NCBI GenBank assembly: GCA_963821135.1
Contig: CAWGCR010000002.1
Span: 365,841 to 429,840 of the forward strand
Length of the DNA stretch: 64,000 bases
Direction: 5' to 3'
Source: an uncultured Bacteroidales bacterium
GTDB taxonomy: Bacteria > Bacteroidota > Bacteroidia > Bacteroidales > UBA10428
Made by a program: the position numbers and the translations under genes. Positions 51,683 through 62,304 of the stretch are shown here, one piece after another (within the stretch, counting starts at the first letter, position 1; each line of letters opens with the position of its first letter). The notes beneath the pieces are model-generated. The model saw only the letters and a list, made by a program, of their open reading frames with translations. It made no database searches and was not told where the DNA came from.

Positions 51683-53047
51683 CTATTTTAATACTTCAAT
51701 CTCATATAGCTTAATCTTATTATAAAGTGTCTTGCGATCGATATTGAGTAGTTTAGCTGCCTTAGACTTATTGTAATTTGATTCAATCAGTGCATTTGAT
51801 ATCACCTCCTTTTCTGTGACTTCGGTAGCTTCTTTTAAATCTGTTAAAGCCTTGTTTTGTATGGCCGATTTCATTTTTGTGGAGCTGGTTTGAAAACTAT
51901 TCCGTAACCTGATTTCATCGGGTATAACCTCTGAGGTAATATATTCATGATTAGACAGTAATACAGTTCTGTTTATTACATTTTGAAGTTCACGGATATT
52001 TCCATACCAGGGATATTGGTAAAACAATTCTTTTACCTTTTCGTCTATACCTAAAATATTCTTATTAAAACCCTTGTTTGCTTTTTGAATGAAAAAGTTG
52101 GTGAATTCTAAAATGTCATCACCTCGTTTTCTTAAGGCAGGTAGTTTTAATTTAAATCCATTTAAACGGTGGTAAAGGTCTTCCCTGAACTCGTTTTCTT
52201 CCAGTTGTGGTAACAAATCTTCGTTTGTTGCTGCAATCACCCGCACATCTGTCTTAATGGTTTTGTTATCGCCAACTTTGCTAATTATCTGTTCTTGAAG
52301 CGCCCTTAACAATTTAACCTGGTTTTCATAAGGCAAGTTTCCAACTTCGTCTAAAAACAGGGTGCCACCTCTGGCAAGTTCAAAGTATCCTTTTTTGTCG
52401 TTAATGGCTCCCGTAAATGCACCTTTCACATGCCCAAACAATTCGCTGTTGGCCAAATCCTTGGGTATTGCACCGCAGTCAACTGCAACAAAAGGCTTAT
52501 TTTTCCGATTGCTGCTATAATGTATTGCTCTGGCAATGTATTCCTTCCCTGAGCCGGTTTCCCCCTCAATAAGTACTGTTAAATCAGTTGGAGCTACAGC
52601 CTTTACATGCTGCATTACTTTAAGCATTTCCGGACTTTTGCCGGAAATAAAATCTTTTTCAAAAGAAATATCTGTTTCCTTTTGCTTTCTGGATTCAATA
52701 GCCCTGTTTACAAGCTGTAAAATTTCTTCGGGTTGTATTGGTTTGGTAACATAATCAAAAGCTCCTGCTTTAATCAGTTTAACCGCCATTTTAACATCGG
52801 CATAAGCGGTCATGATTATAACAGGAACAGTTGCTTTTTTAGTTTTTATGTGCTGCAGGATTTTTAAGCCATCGGAATCGGGCAGCCGGAAATCGCATAA
52901 AATCAGATCAAAATTTTCTTTTTCGGCTAACTTAATTCCTTTTAAGCCTGAAATGGTTCCCTCGGTTTTAAACCCATTCTGAGCAAGGTATTCGACTAAT
53001 AAATTACAGATGTAGGAATCGTCATCAACAATTAATATTTTTTTCAT
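51683..53047 (-). CDS. Sigma-54-dependent response regulator (NtrC family: REC + AAA+ + Fis-type HTH)
   Basis: REC (ILIVDDDSYICNLL…D54-like). Walker A GETGSGKE. GAFTGA motif (ELFGHVKGAFTGA). C-terminal HTH (KAAKLLNIDRKTLYNKIK). Confidence 0.85.
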   Translation of the reverse strand: MKKILIVDDDSYICNLLVEYLAQNGFKTEGTISGLKGIKLAEKENFDLILCDFRLPDSDGLKILQHIKTKKATVPVIIMTAYADVKMAVKLIKAGAFDYVTKPIQPEEILQLVNRAIESRKQKETDISFEKDFISGKSPEMLKVMQHVKAVAPTDLTVLIEGETGSGKEYIARAIHYSSNRKNKPFVAVDCGAIPKDLANSELFGHVKGAFTGAINDKKGYFELARGGTLFLDEVGNLPYENQVKLLRALQEQIISKVGDNKTIKTDVRVIAATNEDLLPQLEENEFREDLYHRLNGFKLKLPALRKRGDDILEFTNFFIQKANKGFNKNILGIDEKVKELFYQYPWYGNIRELQNVINRTVLLSNHEYITSEVIPDEIRLRNSFQTSSTKMKSAIQNKALTDLKEATEVTEKEVISNALIESNYNKSKAAKLLNIDRKTLYNKIKLYEIEVLK

Positions 53048-53211
53048 GCATTAATGCATTTGGCTTACAATAAGATGTAAAGAACAATTTAGAATACTTC
53101 TTTCTAAACAACGAGACTTATCATAAGCTGTTAAAATTTTAAATTTACAATAAATAATGCGTTTCGACTTACATTTCAAAATTAATACATGTAGAAATAC
53201 ATATTCCCAAA

Positions 53212-53583
53212 TCACTTAGTATCAAAATAAATAACCCCTGCATTTATTTCCTTTTCTTTTATTTCTTGCGTAATGGGCTCTTTTAAATAATCGGGAACAA
53301 CCAGGTAGAAATTACCATTGTTTTTCCTTGCATAAAGGGAAAGCATCCGCCACTTTTCAACAGGCATAGTTTTGTTTAATTCAATTTCGTATACTGTTGT
53401 GCTGTTGTCGAAAATTGCAGCAATGTCTGGAGTATATCCTTCATCTTTTCCTTTTAATGAAATTTTGTTCGGACTATCGTATCCAATTACATGTTTTGTT
53501 TTAATGGCTTTTGGTTTTCGCTCTTCTTCAATTTTTGTTATTACCGCCCGGGTAACCATTGATTTATCTAATGCTTGTGCCAT
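53212..53583 (-). CDS. Hypothetical protein (123 aa), no recognised domain
   Basis: Isolated ORF between the NtrC-type regulator and otsAB. Flanked by AT-rich intergenic DNA. Confidence 0.35.
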   Translation of the reverse strand: MAQALDKSMVTRAVITKIEEERKPKAIKTKHVIGYDSPNKISLKGKDEGYTPDIAAIFDNSTTVYEIELNKTMPVEKWRMLSLYARKNNGNFYLVVPDYLKEPITQEIKEKEINAGVIYFDTK

Positions 53584-53682
53584 AATATATTGTTTTAAAT
53601 ATTAATACTACTACGATTTCATAGCGTTCTTTTTTAAGCAAGGGAATAATTTTCTTTGTGATTATTTATTTTTTCTTCATAG

Positions 53683-56110
53683 TCATCTTGTTAATTCTTT
53701 CTCCAAAAATTTGATCTTTTGTTTATTTTTAATTCTCTGATTTGATTCTGCCAGTTTCCTTAATAACCCCCGTACTTCTTTAAACGATTCTAAGTGGTAT
53801 TTTGCCAGTGTTTTATTGATACCCGCCTTTATAGTAATGGCTGAATCAGGTAATTCCTCATACAAATTTTCATCGGTATAATCATCACCAATGGCCAGGA
53901 CAAAACAACGTTCACATGTATTCAAATATTCCACCGCAGATTTTCCTTTGTTAAAAACACTACTTTTTATTTCAATTACTTTGTTTCCCTCGATGATTTC
54001 CAGTTCCTGGTTTAATATCAGGTTGTTTAATTCTTCTTTTAGCTCAACAGCACAGAAATACCCAGGTCGGGATCAGTATTTCTGTAATGCCAGGAAATGG
54101 AATGTGTTTTTTCTTCAATTAAACTTGCAGGTGTTCGGTCGGTATAGAATTGCACTATGGGAAGAACAATATCCTTCCATTCATCCTTTAAAGAACCATT
54201 TTGAAGGTTTACCCAATTTTTAGCCGGTTCTTTAATCCACACCCCATGTTCCACTATTAGGGTATAATCTTTTGTGGAGAACCATTGGTCGAAAGTCTCT
54301 TTTCCCCTGCCGGTAATCAATACTACGGTGGTGTTATCATTTTTCGAAAGTGTGTCCAGAATATGGTATAATTCTTCATCGGGTTTTGCTTTCCGTGGGC
54401 TTTTTTGGTAGTTTACCAATGTGCCGTCATAATCCAGGAAAAGGACTCGCTTCTCTGCTTTTTTGTATTGTTCTACAATTTCATTCTCGATTACCGGGCT
54501 TATCTTCTTCGATAAGTATTTTTGTTGGATAACCGGCATATTATTCAGACTTTGAATAAAGTCTGATGCCCAGCGTTTCACATCGTATCGCTTGATGTCG
54601 CTCGCGCAAAAAGGTGTTTATTTCTATTTGTTCATCTACAGGCATTTCCAATGCTTGTTTAATGGCATGGGCTATTTCATTTTTATTGTTTGGATTTATC
54701 ACGAGGGCTTCATTCATTTCTTTATAGGCGCCGGCCATTTCACTTAAAATGAGTACACCGGTATTATCAGTGCGGGAGGCCAGGTATTCCTTCGCCACCA
54801 GGTTCATGCCATCACGAACCGGGGTAATTAAAGCAATATCACACGAATTATAAAGTTCAATCAGGTTATTGAAGGGAAGTGAACGGTAAAAATACCAGAT
54901 TGGCATCCAGTTTATCGAAGCATATTTTCCATTAATACTGCCCACCAACTCATCAATTTCACTTTTCATAATTTGGTATTGCTCTACATTTATGCGAGAA
55001 GGTACAGCCAGCATAAGCAAGTGTTACTTTCCCATGATATTCTGGATACTTGTTCAAGAAGTGTTCAAAAGCAGTTAACCTGTTGGGAATACCTTTTGAA
55101 TAGTCAAGCCTGTCGATTGAGAGTATCAATTTGCAGTCCGGGTTAACCTTATAGAATTTTTCAATTTCTGCTTTTATTTCTGATTGTTCGTCTGGCTGGT
55201 TTTGTCCACTCAATAATGCAGCGCTGTTAAACTTTTCATAATCAATGCCCATTGGAAATGCATCGGTTTTAACAATGCGGTTTTCTAAATTAATCTGATT
55301 GAAATATGTTTCGTGACCGAAAAGACGCCTTACACTACTTAAAAAATGCCGTTCGTAATCGTAGGTATGAAAACCAATTATATCGGCCCCAAGCATGCCT
55401 TCGAGCAGCTCTTCCCGCCAGGGCAATACCCGGTATATTTCGTAAGACGGGAAAGGGATGTGCAAAAAGAATCCAATAGAAACATCAGGAAATTCCTGCC
55501 GAATGAGTTTAGGTAAAAGCAATAAGTGGTAATCGTGTATCCATATTTTATCGCCCTCTTTAATATTTTTTAAAATAGCTTCTGCAAACTTCCGGTTAAC
55601 CCGTACATATGCATCCCATTGATTATCTTCGTATTCCGTGAATTGCATAAAATAGTGAAAAAGTGGCCAGATGGTTTTGTTGCTAAATCCCGTATAGTAT
55701 AGTTCTTCATCTTCCTTATCGATATAGACCGGTATGCAGTTTTCCTGGCTCAAACGGTTTTCAATAGTATTTTTTGTGTTTTTTGAAATCTCGTTTTCGC
55801 CAAATCCCGGCCAGCCATACCATTTACTTTCATAATTCTTATATATTGATTTCATGCCTGTTGCCAGTCCGCCTACGCTTGGAGTGATTTCGATAGATTC
55901 ATTATCGCTTATGTTAATCGTTTGTGGCAACCTGTTTGATACTATTATCAGTCTTCCCATATTCTTTTGTAGTGTTTTGTATAGTGCTTTTTCAGCCAAA
56001 CCTGTGCCATAAATACTTTTCTTCATTTTATTTCTGCTGATTGAGTAATTTTTGAACTGTGTTCGATTATCTAATAGCTTAATAGTAAGAACTGATATGT
56101 GTGAACACAA
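53683..56110 (-). pseudogene. otsAB: Bifunctional trehalose-6-phosphate synthase / trehalose-6-phosphate phosphatase (OtsA-OtsB fusion), split by at least 3 frameshifts
   Basis: 54959-56110 has the GT20 OtsA N-terminus (RLIIVSNRLP…GGLATG…WIHDYHLLLLP…GFFLHIPFPS). 54541-55020 has the OtsA C-terminus. 54039-54581 has OtsB (VLFLDYDGTLV). 53683-53934 has the OtsB C-terminus (LAIGDDYTDENLYEEL). The true start is probably MGRLII… near 55965. Confidence 0.8.
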
Positions 56111-56173
56111 GAACGAAAAAAAATATTTCCAAAATACTCTTGGTAAAAGCGATTAGGAATTGAAATCTCTTAT

Positions 56174-56214
56174 TGGGGAAATATTCCACAATACCGGAGA
56201 GTTTATTCCACAGT
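56174..56214 (-). promoter_or_regulatory. Second copy of the bipartite motif, upstream of otsAB (minus strand reads cTGTGGAATAAactctccggtatTGTGGAATATTTCCCCA)
   Basis: Same architecture as 21319-21358: TGTGGAATAA, then 12 bp, then TGTGGAAtAtTTCCCCA. Confidence 0.4.
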
Positions 56215-56255
56215 TTTAAAACGTATTGTATTTGGAATTGGGTAAAAGTATTCTG

Positions 56256-58604
56256 TTATTCGAGTTCACTTTTTAATTGCACATTTAATTGCTGCATGGC
56301 TTCAATTGTTTTATTGAGCAACCCCGGAACGGTTTTGTAATCAGGGTTAATCAATGTCTTCGTTTTTATTTCTGTTAATTCTGAGGTAATCTCGTGTGCT
56401 TCGAGATGCCTGAAAGAAGGTAAAATTTTATGGGCAGATTCGCCTATCTGAGCCCAATTTTTATCTTGAAGGTATTGTTGAAATTTTTGAATGGTGTTTT
56501 CTGAATTTTCGATAAAAGTATTTAGCATATTAATCATTCCTTCTTTATTCCCGACCATTTTTTTTAATTCCTCAAGGTTATATGGCTTGGGGCTGATTTC
56601 TTCCTTTAGGATGATTTCCTCTTTTGGCTTATCGTATGCTTGATGCTTAATTTTGAGTACTTCGCACATTTTATTAAAAAGGTGAATTTCTTTGAAGGGT
56701 TTAATAATAAAATCGTTAATACCGACTTTAAAATATTTTTTAATGTCGTCCTTCATTACAGCAGCAGTAACAGCAATTATCTTTGTTAAGGAGTCGTGTT
56801 TTTTATACCGGAGATGTCTGGCAACCTCAATACCACTTATATCAGGCATGTGAATGTCGAGTAACACAATATCGTACTTGTTTTTTTTAAGCATTGCAAT
56901 AGCTTCTTCACCATTGTTGGCGATGTCAAAATAGCAGTTGAATTTTTCAAGTATTGTCTTACCCAGTAATCGGTTCACGCTGTCATCATCAACCAATAAA
57001 ACTTTTTTGTCTCGGAGTTTTTCGGAGTCGATAGTGCCCAAATCATCAGGGAGAATATCCGTTTCTTTGCCTTTCCGATAAGGGATAATAAATGTAAAAG
57101 TTGTTCCGATATTTTCCTGGCTGGTAACCGATAAGCTTCCATTTTGCAGTTCAATGAGGTTTTTACAGATAGTGAGACCCAGCCCTGTCCCTCCATATTT
57201 CTTGGTTATACTCGAATCTGCTTGTTTAAACTGCTCAAATATATATTCAAGCTTTTCCGGTTTAATTCCAATGCCAGTATCAATGATGTCGAACCTCACT
57301 TTCATTTCGTTATCGGTCTCCTCTTTAAGAAAGCAGCGAAGTTCAACGTACCCGCTATTGGTAAATTTTATTGCATTACTTAACATATTGATAAGGATCT
57401 GACGAAGCCGAAATGAATCGCCCATCAGTACTTTATCCAGTTTTTTATCGATACTGTACATAAACTGCAGGCCTTTCTCCTCAGTTTTTACCAGCAGTGC
57501 ATTATGTACATATTTAACGGTATATTCTATCTTAAATGGGGTGTTTTCAATATTGATTTGGCGGGCTTCAATTTTAGAAAGAATCAAAATATCGTTAATA
57601 AGTGAAAGCAGATGTTCTGATGATTTATCAATGATGTTAACATAATCACTTTGTTTTTTATCTAATTCAGTTTGTTTTAATTGCTCGGTAAATCCTAAAA
57701 TAGCGTTTAACGGAGTTCGTATCTCATGGCTTACCCGAGCTAAAAACTCGCTTTTTGCGCGGTTTGCCTTTTCAGCTTCTTCTTTTGATTTTTTAAGCTT
57801 TTGTTCGTTTAGCTTATCGTCCGTAATGTTTTGTGTTATAGCAATACCTGAATAAATATCGTTATCGCTGTTTTTTAAAGGGAGCACCCATATTAAATAA
57901 TAGTAATTGTTGAATTTGTACTCCGTTGATGTTTCTTTACCATCTAAAGCGATTAAAAACAGTGGCTCCCATATTTTTTTTATTTGCTTGCTGGATATTT
58001 CTTCTAAAAGTTTTCCTTCAAAATGGTTACGGGTAAAGCCATTGTTCTTCATTTCAGCCCCTTCGGCAAGTACAAAGCGCAAATCATTATCGAATAAATA
58101 TAAGTTAATATCGGGGATATTATTTGCCAGGATTCGGTAAAGATTAACATCTTTCTGGAGTTCACGCTGATTGTTTATATAATCGGAAACATCCTCACCT
58201 GAAAGAAGAATACCCAGAAATTGTTTATCACGGTTTTTGATAATGCTAATTTTAGCCTCCAGTATCCTGGTTTTTTTGTCCTGTGTTATTAATGCGAAAC
58301 GGGTTTTTCCCAAATTAGGCACTTTTCCTTTAGCCAGGGAATTCAATAAATTGTGCATTCTACGTCGATCCTGTTCAGCAATGTGCCTGTCCACAAAATC
58401 ACTTCCAATAATACTACTTTCCTTAGCAGATAATAGTACTCGTCCCTTTTTATTAATCAGGGTTAACTTTCCTTTTTCATCAATTGCCGCAACGAAAACC
58501 CCAACGATATCAAAACATTTTTGTACTAGCTCCGATTCAAAAATATTTTCCGAATCAATGATAAAAATGTCCTCAATGATCTTTGAATCAAAGGTTTTAA
58601 CCAT
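56256..58604 (-). CDS. Hybrid sensor histidine kinase (PAS-PAS-HisKA-HATPase_c-REC-Hpt)
   Basis: 782 aa. H-box (SHEIRTPLNAILGF), G-boxes (DTGIGI…GGTGLGL), receiver (VLLVDDDSVNRLL…D), C-terminal Hpt-like helical region (HKILPSFRHLEA). Confidence 0.85.
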   Translation of the reverse strand: MVKTFDSKIIEDIFIIDSENIFESELVQKCFDIVGVFVAAIDEKGKLTLINKKGRVLLSAKESSIIGSDFVDRHIAEQDRRRMHNLLNSLAKGKVPNLGKTRFALITQDKKTRILEAKISIIKNRDKQFLGILLSGEDVSDYINNQRELQKDVNLYRILANNIPDINLYLFDNDLRFVLAEGAEMKNNGFTRNHFEGKLLEEISSKQIKKIWEPLFLIALDGKETSTEYKFNNYYYLIWVLPLKNSDNDIYSGIAITQNITDDKLNEQKLKKSKEEAEKANRAKSEFLARVSHEIRTPLNAILGFTEQLKQTELDKKQSDYVNIIDKSSEHLLSLINDILILSKIEARQINIENTPFKIEYTVKYVHNALLVKTEEKGLQFMYSIDKKLDKVLMGDSFRLRQILINMLSNAIKFTNSGYVELRCFLKEETDNEMKVRFDIIDTGIGIKPEKLEYIFEQFKQADSSITKKYGGTGLGLTICKNLIELQNGSLSVTSQENIGTTFTFIIPYRKGKETDILPDDLGTIDSEKLRDKKVLLVDDDSVNRLLGKTILEKFNCYFDIANNGEEAIAMLKKNKYDIVLLDIHMPDISGIEVARHLRYKKHDSLTKIIAVTAAVMKDDIKKYFKVGINDFIIKPFKEIHLFNKMCEVLKIKHQAYDKPKEEIILKEEISPKPYNLEELKKMVGNKEGMINMLNTFIENSENTIQKFQQYLQDKNWAQIGESAHKILPSFRHLEAHEITSELTEIKTKTLINPDYKTVPGLLNKTIEAMQQLNVQLKSELE

Positions 58605-59127
58605 ACGATATTTTTTGTAGTGGAAGGTTCAAATAATATACAAAAATAGCGAATAGATTTTTAATCAGTAGTTTATCTGTTTTTATTACTGTAGATATTA
58701 TCTATTACATACGTCTATTCCCAAGGAAACGCAATAAGGAATTTGAAAAAATGTATGTTATAATTTATCTTACGTATAAAATTCTTATTAAAATAATAGA
58801 AATACAAATTACTTGGAATTCATCAAATCAGATAAGGTTCTTTAGTTTAATAAGAATAAAAAACCTGGTAATTTAAATCATATAATCACTTTTCAAATAG
58901 TTTTAATATTGAATTTTTTGAGCACATCCAGGACAGAAAGTTAAGAATAAGCTGCTAGTCATAAAATAATATATGAATTCAGACTAAAAACTAGTAACTT
59001 GAAACTGCTCAAATAACGTCTTGATTGTAAGGATATTTTTTGTAATTTGTCTTCTATTATATACTTAATGCCATAAGGAAAATAGATCTACTCTTCGATT
59101 TATCTGCATGTTATATGCCATTTTAGG

Positions 59128-59712
59128 ATGGCCCCAACGACAATGACTGAATTAGAAAAATATATACAGACCTATTTTGGTGTAAACAAAGACGACTTGA
59201 CTAAAATAAGTTCGTTTTTCAAACCAGTGACATTAAAAAAGGGTGACTTTTTTCTAAAAACTGGAAGATATTCTGACAGACTTGGATTTGTTCAGACTGG
59301 AATAATTAGAGAATTTGTTTTTATTGACGACAAGGAAGTAACAAAGTGGATTTCAACCAAAGGCTATTTTGTGGTTGACTTATCAAGTTTTGTGTTTCAA
59401 CAAACAGCACGTTGGAATATCCAAGCATTGACGGACTGCGAACTTTACGTTATTGACAGCAAAGACTATCAAAAAATTGGGCAATTAATTCCAAGTTGGA
59501 CAAAACTGGAAAAACTATTTATTGCAAAGTGCTTTACTGTTTTAGAAGACAGAGTTTTGCAACACATTTCAATGACAGCAGAAGAAAGATATAATCAACT
59601 TTTCAATTTCAACAAAGAATTGTTTAATCAAGTACCATTGCAATACTTAGCCTCAATGCTTGGTATGACACCCGAAACATTAAGCAGAATAAGAAAAAAG
59701 GCGGCTGGCTGA
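59128..59712 (+). CDS. Crp/Fnr-family transcriptional regulator (cNMP-binding + HTH)
   Basis: 194 aa. Beta-roll region (GDFFLKTGRYSDRLGFVQTGIIREF). C-terminal HTH (LASMLGMTPETLSRIRKK). Preceded by a ~520-bp AT-rich divergent intergenic region. Confidence 0.7.
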   Translation: MAPTTMTELEKYIQTYFGVNKDDLTKISSFFKPVTLKKGDFFLKTGRYSDRLGFVQTGIIREFVFIDDKEVTKWISTKGYFVVDLSSFVFQQTARWNIQALTDCELYVIDSKDYQKIGQLIPSWTKLEKLFIAKCFTVLEDRVLQHISMTAEERYNQLFNFNKELFNQVPLQYLASMLGMTPETLSRIRKKAAG

Positions 59713-59785
59713 ACTTCTTGATTTTTGTCAAGAGCAAGTATTGGTTTTGTGCTGACCTTTGTATCGTTAATTAAATCGAAATACA

Positions 59786-60298
59786 ATGTTCACAAAATTA
59801 ATTTTACTAACGGCAATTAGCTTGACAATTTCAACAGGTTCATTTGCACAAAACAATTCAAAAATGAAAAGTATCAACAACAACGCACCAGTAAAGTGCA
59901 GCAAGTCAATTACTATAAATGCAAGTAGTGAAAAAGTTTGGGAAGTAATGACCAACATTGACAATTGGGCAACTTGGCAGACCGACATCACTAAACCTAA
60001 ACTGAATGGAGGGTTAAAACCTGAAACCACCTTTGACTGGAAAACTGGTGGAGCAAAAATTCATTCTACACTTCATACCGTTGAACCTTTTAAAAACTTC
60101 GGATGGACAGGAAAAGCTTTTGGTATGTTTGCTATACACAACTGGACATTAACCGAAAACAACGGACAAGTGATAGTATCAGTTGACGAAAGTATGGAAG
60201 GTTTTTTTGCGAAACTTTTGAAGAAGTCATTCAATAAGAACTTAGAAAAAGGTATGCAGTATTGGTTGGACTTATTAAAACAAGAATGCGAAAAATAA
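59786..60298 (+). CDS. Secreted SRPBCC-superfamily (polyketide cyclase/AHSA1-like) protein
   Basis: 170 aa, signal peptide. SRPBCC pattern (…SEKVWEVMTNIDNWATWQTDI…). Confidence 0.55.
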   Translation: MFTKLILLTAISLTISTGSFAQNNSKMKSINNNAPVKCSKSITINASSEKVWEVMTNIDNWATWQTDITKPKLNGGLKPETTFDWKTGGAKIHSTLHTVEPFKNFGWTGKAFGMFAIHNWTLTENNGQVIVSVDESMEGFFAKLLKKSFNKNLEKGMQYWLDLLKQECEK

Positions 60299-60401
60299 CA
60301 TGGCAGAAAGAAAAACGGAATATAACAATGGTAGCTGTTGCACAACCCCGTTTTAGCCCTCAATATTAAATCGAATACAGTTTTATAAAAAGGTTTTAGG
60401 T

Positions 60402-61996
60402 TTAGTTTTGGACCGGTATTAAAATGAGCTGCAATTTTGAATCTGATTTTTCTTGGCTGAAAAGTCTTTGAAAATAGCTTGAAATCGTTAAGTAAACTTG
60501 TTTTAATTTTGATATACAGCTACTTACCCCTAAGTGTGGATTCCTTCTCTGCTGCTTTAGAATTTTCCTTAGATTGTAAGCCATGGCCGCCATTAGCATC
60601 ACCTTATTGGCACTCTCAATTCCTCTCGTATTGATCTTGCGCATACCCATGAAATTAATGAGTGTTCCAAAGACGGGTTCCACGGTACTTTGCCTGAGTG
60701 TTTTGTAGTATTTTGCTTTGCGGGTTTTAGCGCGTTCGAGTGCCCTGTCGTAGTACTCTTTGTAGAAGGTAATGCGAAGCCTTTTTTCATGTGATTTGCC
60801 AATACATTTACTGGCTATGGGGCAACCCTTACAGTCGGAACGTCGGGTGAGATAGTGTTTTTCCGGATGGTTCTTTTGGTATTTTATCGTGCGCATTGTA
60901 GCATACTTTCCCTGGCTGCATCGCCACCGATCGTGTTCGGGTTCATAGGTGAACCCCTCACGCGTACCCTCATACTGGCCATGCAGCGGGATATAACCAG
61001 TTATGTTTTGACCCTCAAGATATTTATAGTTCTCGCCATTGCTGTAACCAGCATCAGCAAGCACAGTGTCCATTCTTAATTCATTTTTTCTTAGGCGCTG
61101 TTGTGTCTGGCGGACCAGGTCGATTAAATTGAGGTTGTCTTTATGGTCGGCGTAATTAGCGCGGATATGGGTAATCACATGTTTATCTGTATCAACACTC
61201 ATACTGCTCATATAATATAACTGGCGGGGTTTGCCGGGCTTAACTGCTACACGGGCATCAGGATCAACCGGTGAGTAGTGTGTTTTATTACTCAGGTATT
61301 TTGCCCGATGATCCTGTGAACCCAATCGGCCACCTTGGTTTTTACCAAACCACTTCTGATGTGTATCCAGATTTTTAAGTTGACGCGGGGTGGCATCGAT
61401 GGTTTTTTGTGCTGTGCTACTCTTGTCGCTCTTTGCTTTCCGCCGGGGTTGATCATTCTCCTGATCATTTTCACTGTGTATTTTTCGAATGTGACTCTTA
61501 AGATTTTCAGCCGGTGTCTTCTTTTCCAAACTTATCCAGCGAAGCATTGGCTTTTATATAGGCTGAATCGATTGCCTGGGTATGACCGGATACCATCCCA
61601 TTATCTACACAAAGCTTTAAAACCCGCTCGAAGGCTTCTTCAAAAATCGCATCGGGAAGCATCTTGCGTGTGCGACTGATGGTGGAGTGCCACGGCAAGG
61701 ACTCATCGATATCGTAATCGATAAAGTACAACAAAGTCCAATCGCATACTGATGTGTTCAATAAGCTGACGGTCTGACACGATATTTTCCAGGTAACCAA
61801 TTAGCATAATGCGAAAGAAAACGGTGGGATCGATAGATTTTTGCCCCTCTGAACCATAATAGGGTCGAGCCATATCCCGCATAAACTGCAAATCAAGAAC
61901 TTCCTTAAGCTGGCGATAAAAATTGTTCTCAGGGATACGGCTGGTCAGTGAAAAGGACAAAAAAAGTTTTTCTTGATAATCCTTTTGGCCGAGCAT
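60402..61996 (-). mobile_element. IS1182/IS5-family insertion sequence remnant; transposase broken into 3 ORFs
   Basis: 61703-61996 has the N-terminal DUF772-like region (…YYGSEGQKSIDPTVFFRIMLIGYLENIVSDRQLIEHISMRLD…), and 61507-61800 continues it (…LPWHSTISRTRK…SGHTQAIDSAYIKANAS). 60402-61547 has the DDE catalytic region (…VLADAGYSNGENY…NxxRxxK-like NLRKILKQ). Confidence 0.7.
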
Positions 61997-62304
61997 GGTG
62001 TTTTATTTTCAAGTTACAAAACCATCATACTCAATTCAATTTCTTATACTTGTAGTTGTGAACAAATTATGAGTTATGCAACAGGCACAATGTGTATAAT
62101 TCATAAGGGTTTCAGAGGTTTTCGAGCGTTATCACCCGCTTCAATTTTGGGTGGTAACTTGATAGGTTTGAAGTCCGAAATCCCTTACGAAATCATACAC
62201 TAAACGGCCTGTGCAAAAACCTTAACAATTGTTAATAATCTTTAGTCTGCATTTCCAGGAATTGGTGTTTTGTAACTTGTATACCATACCAAACACACTA
62301 TTCC

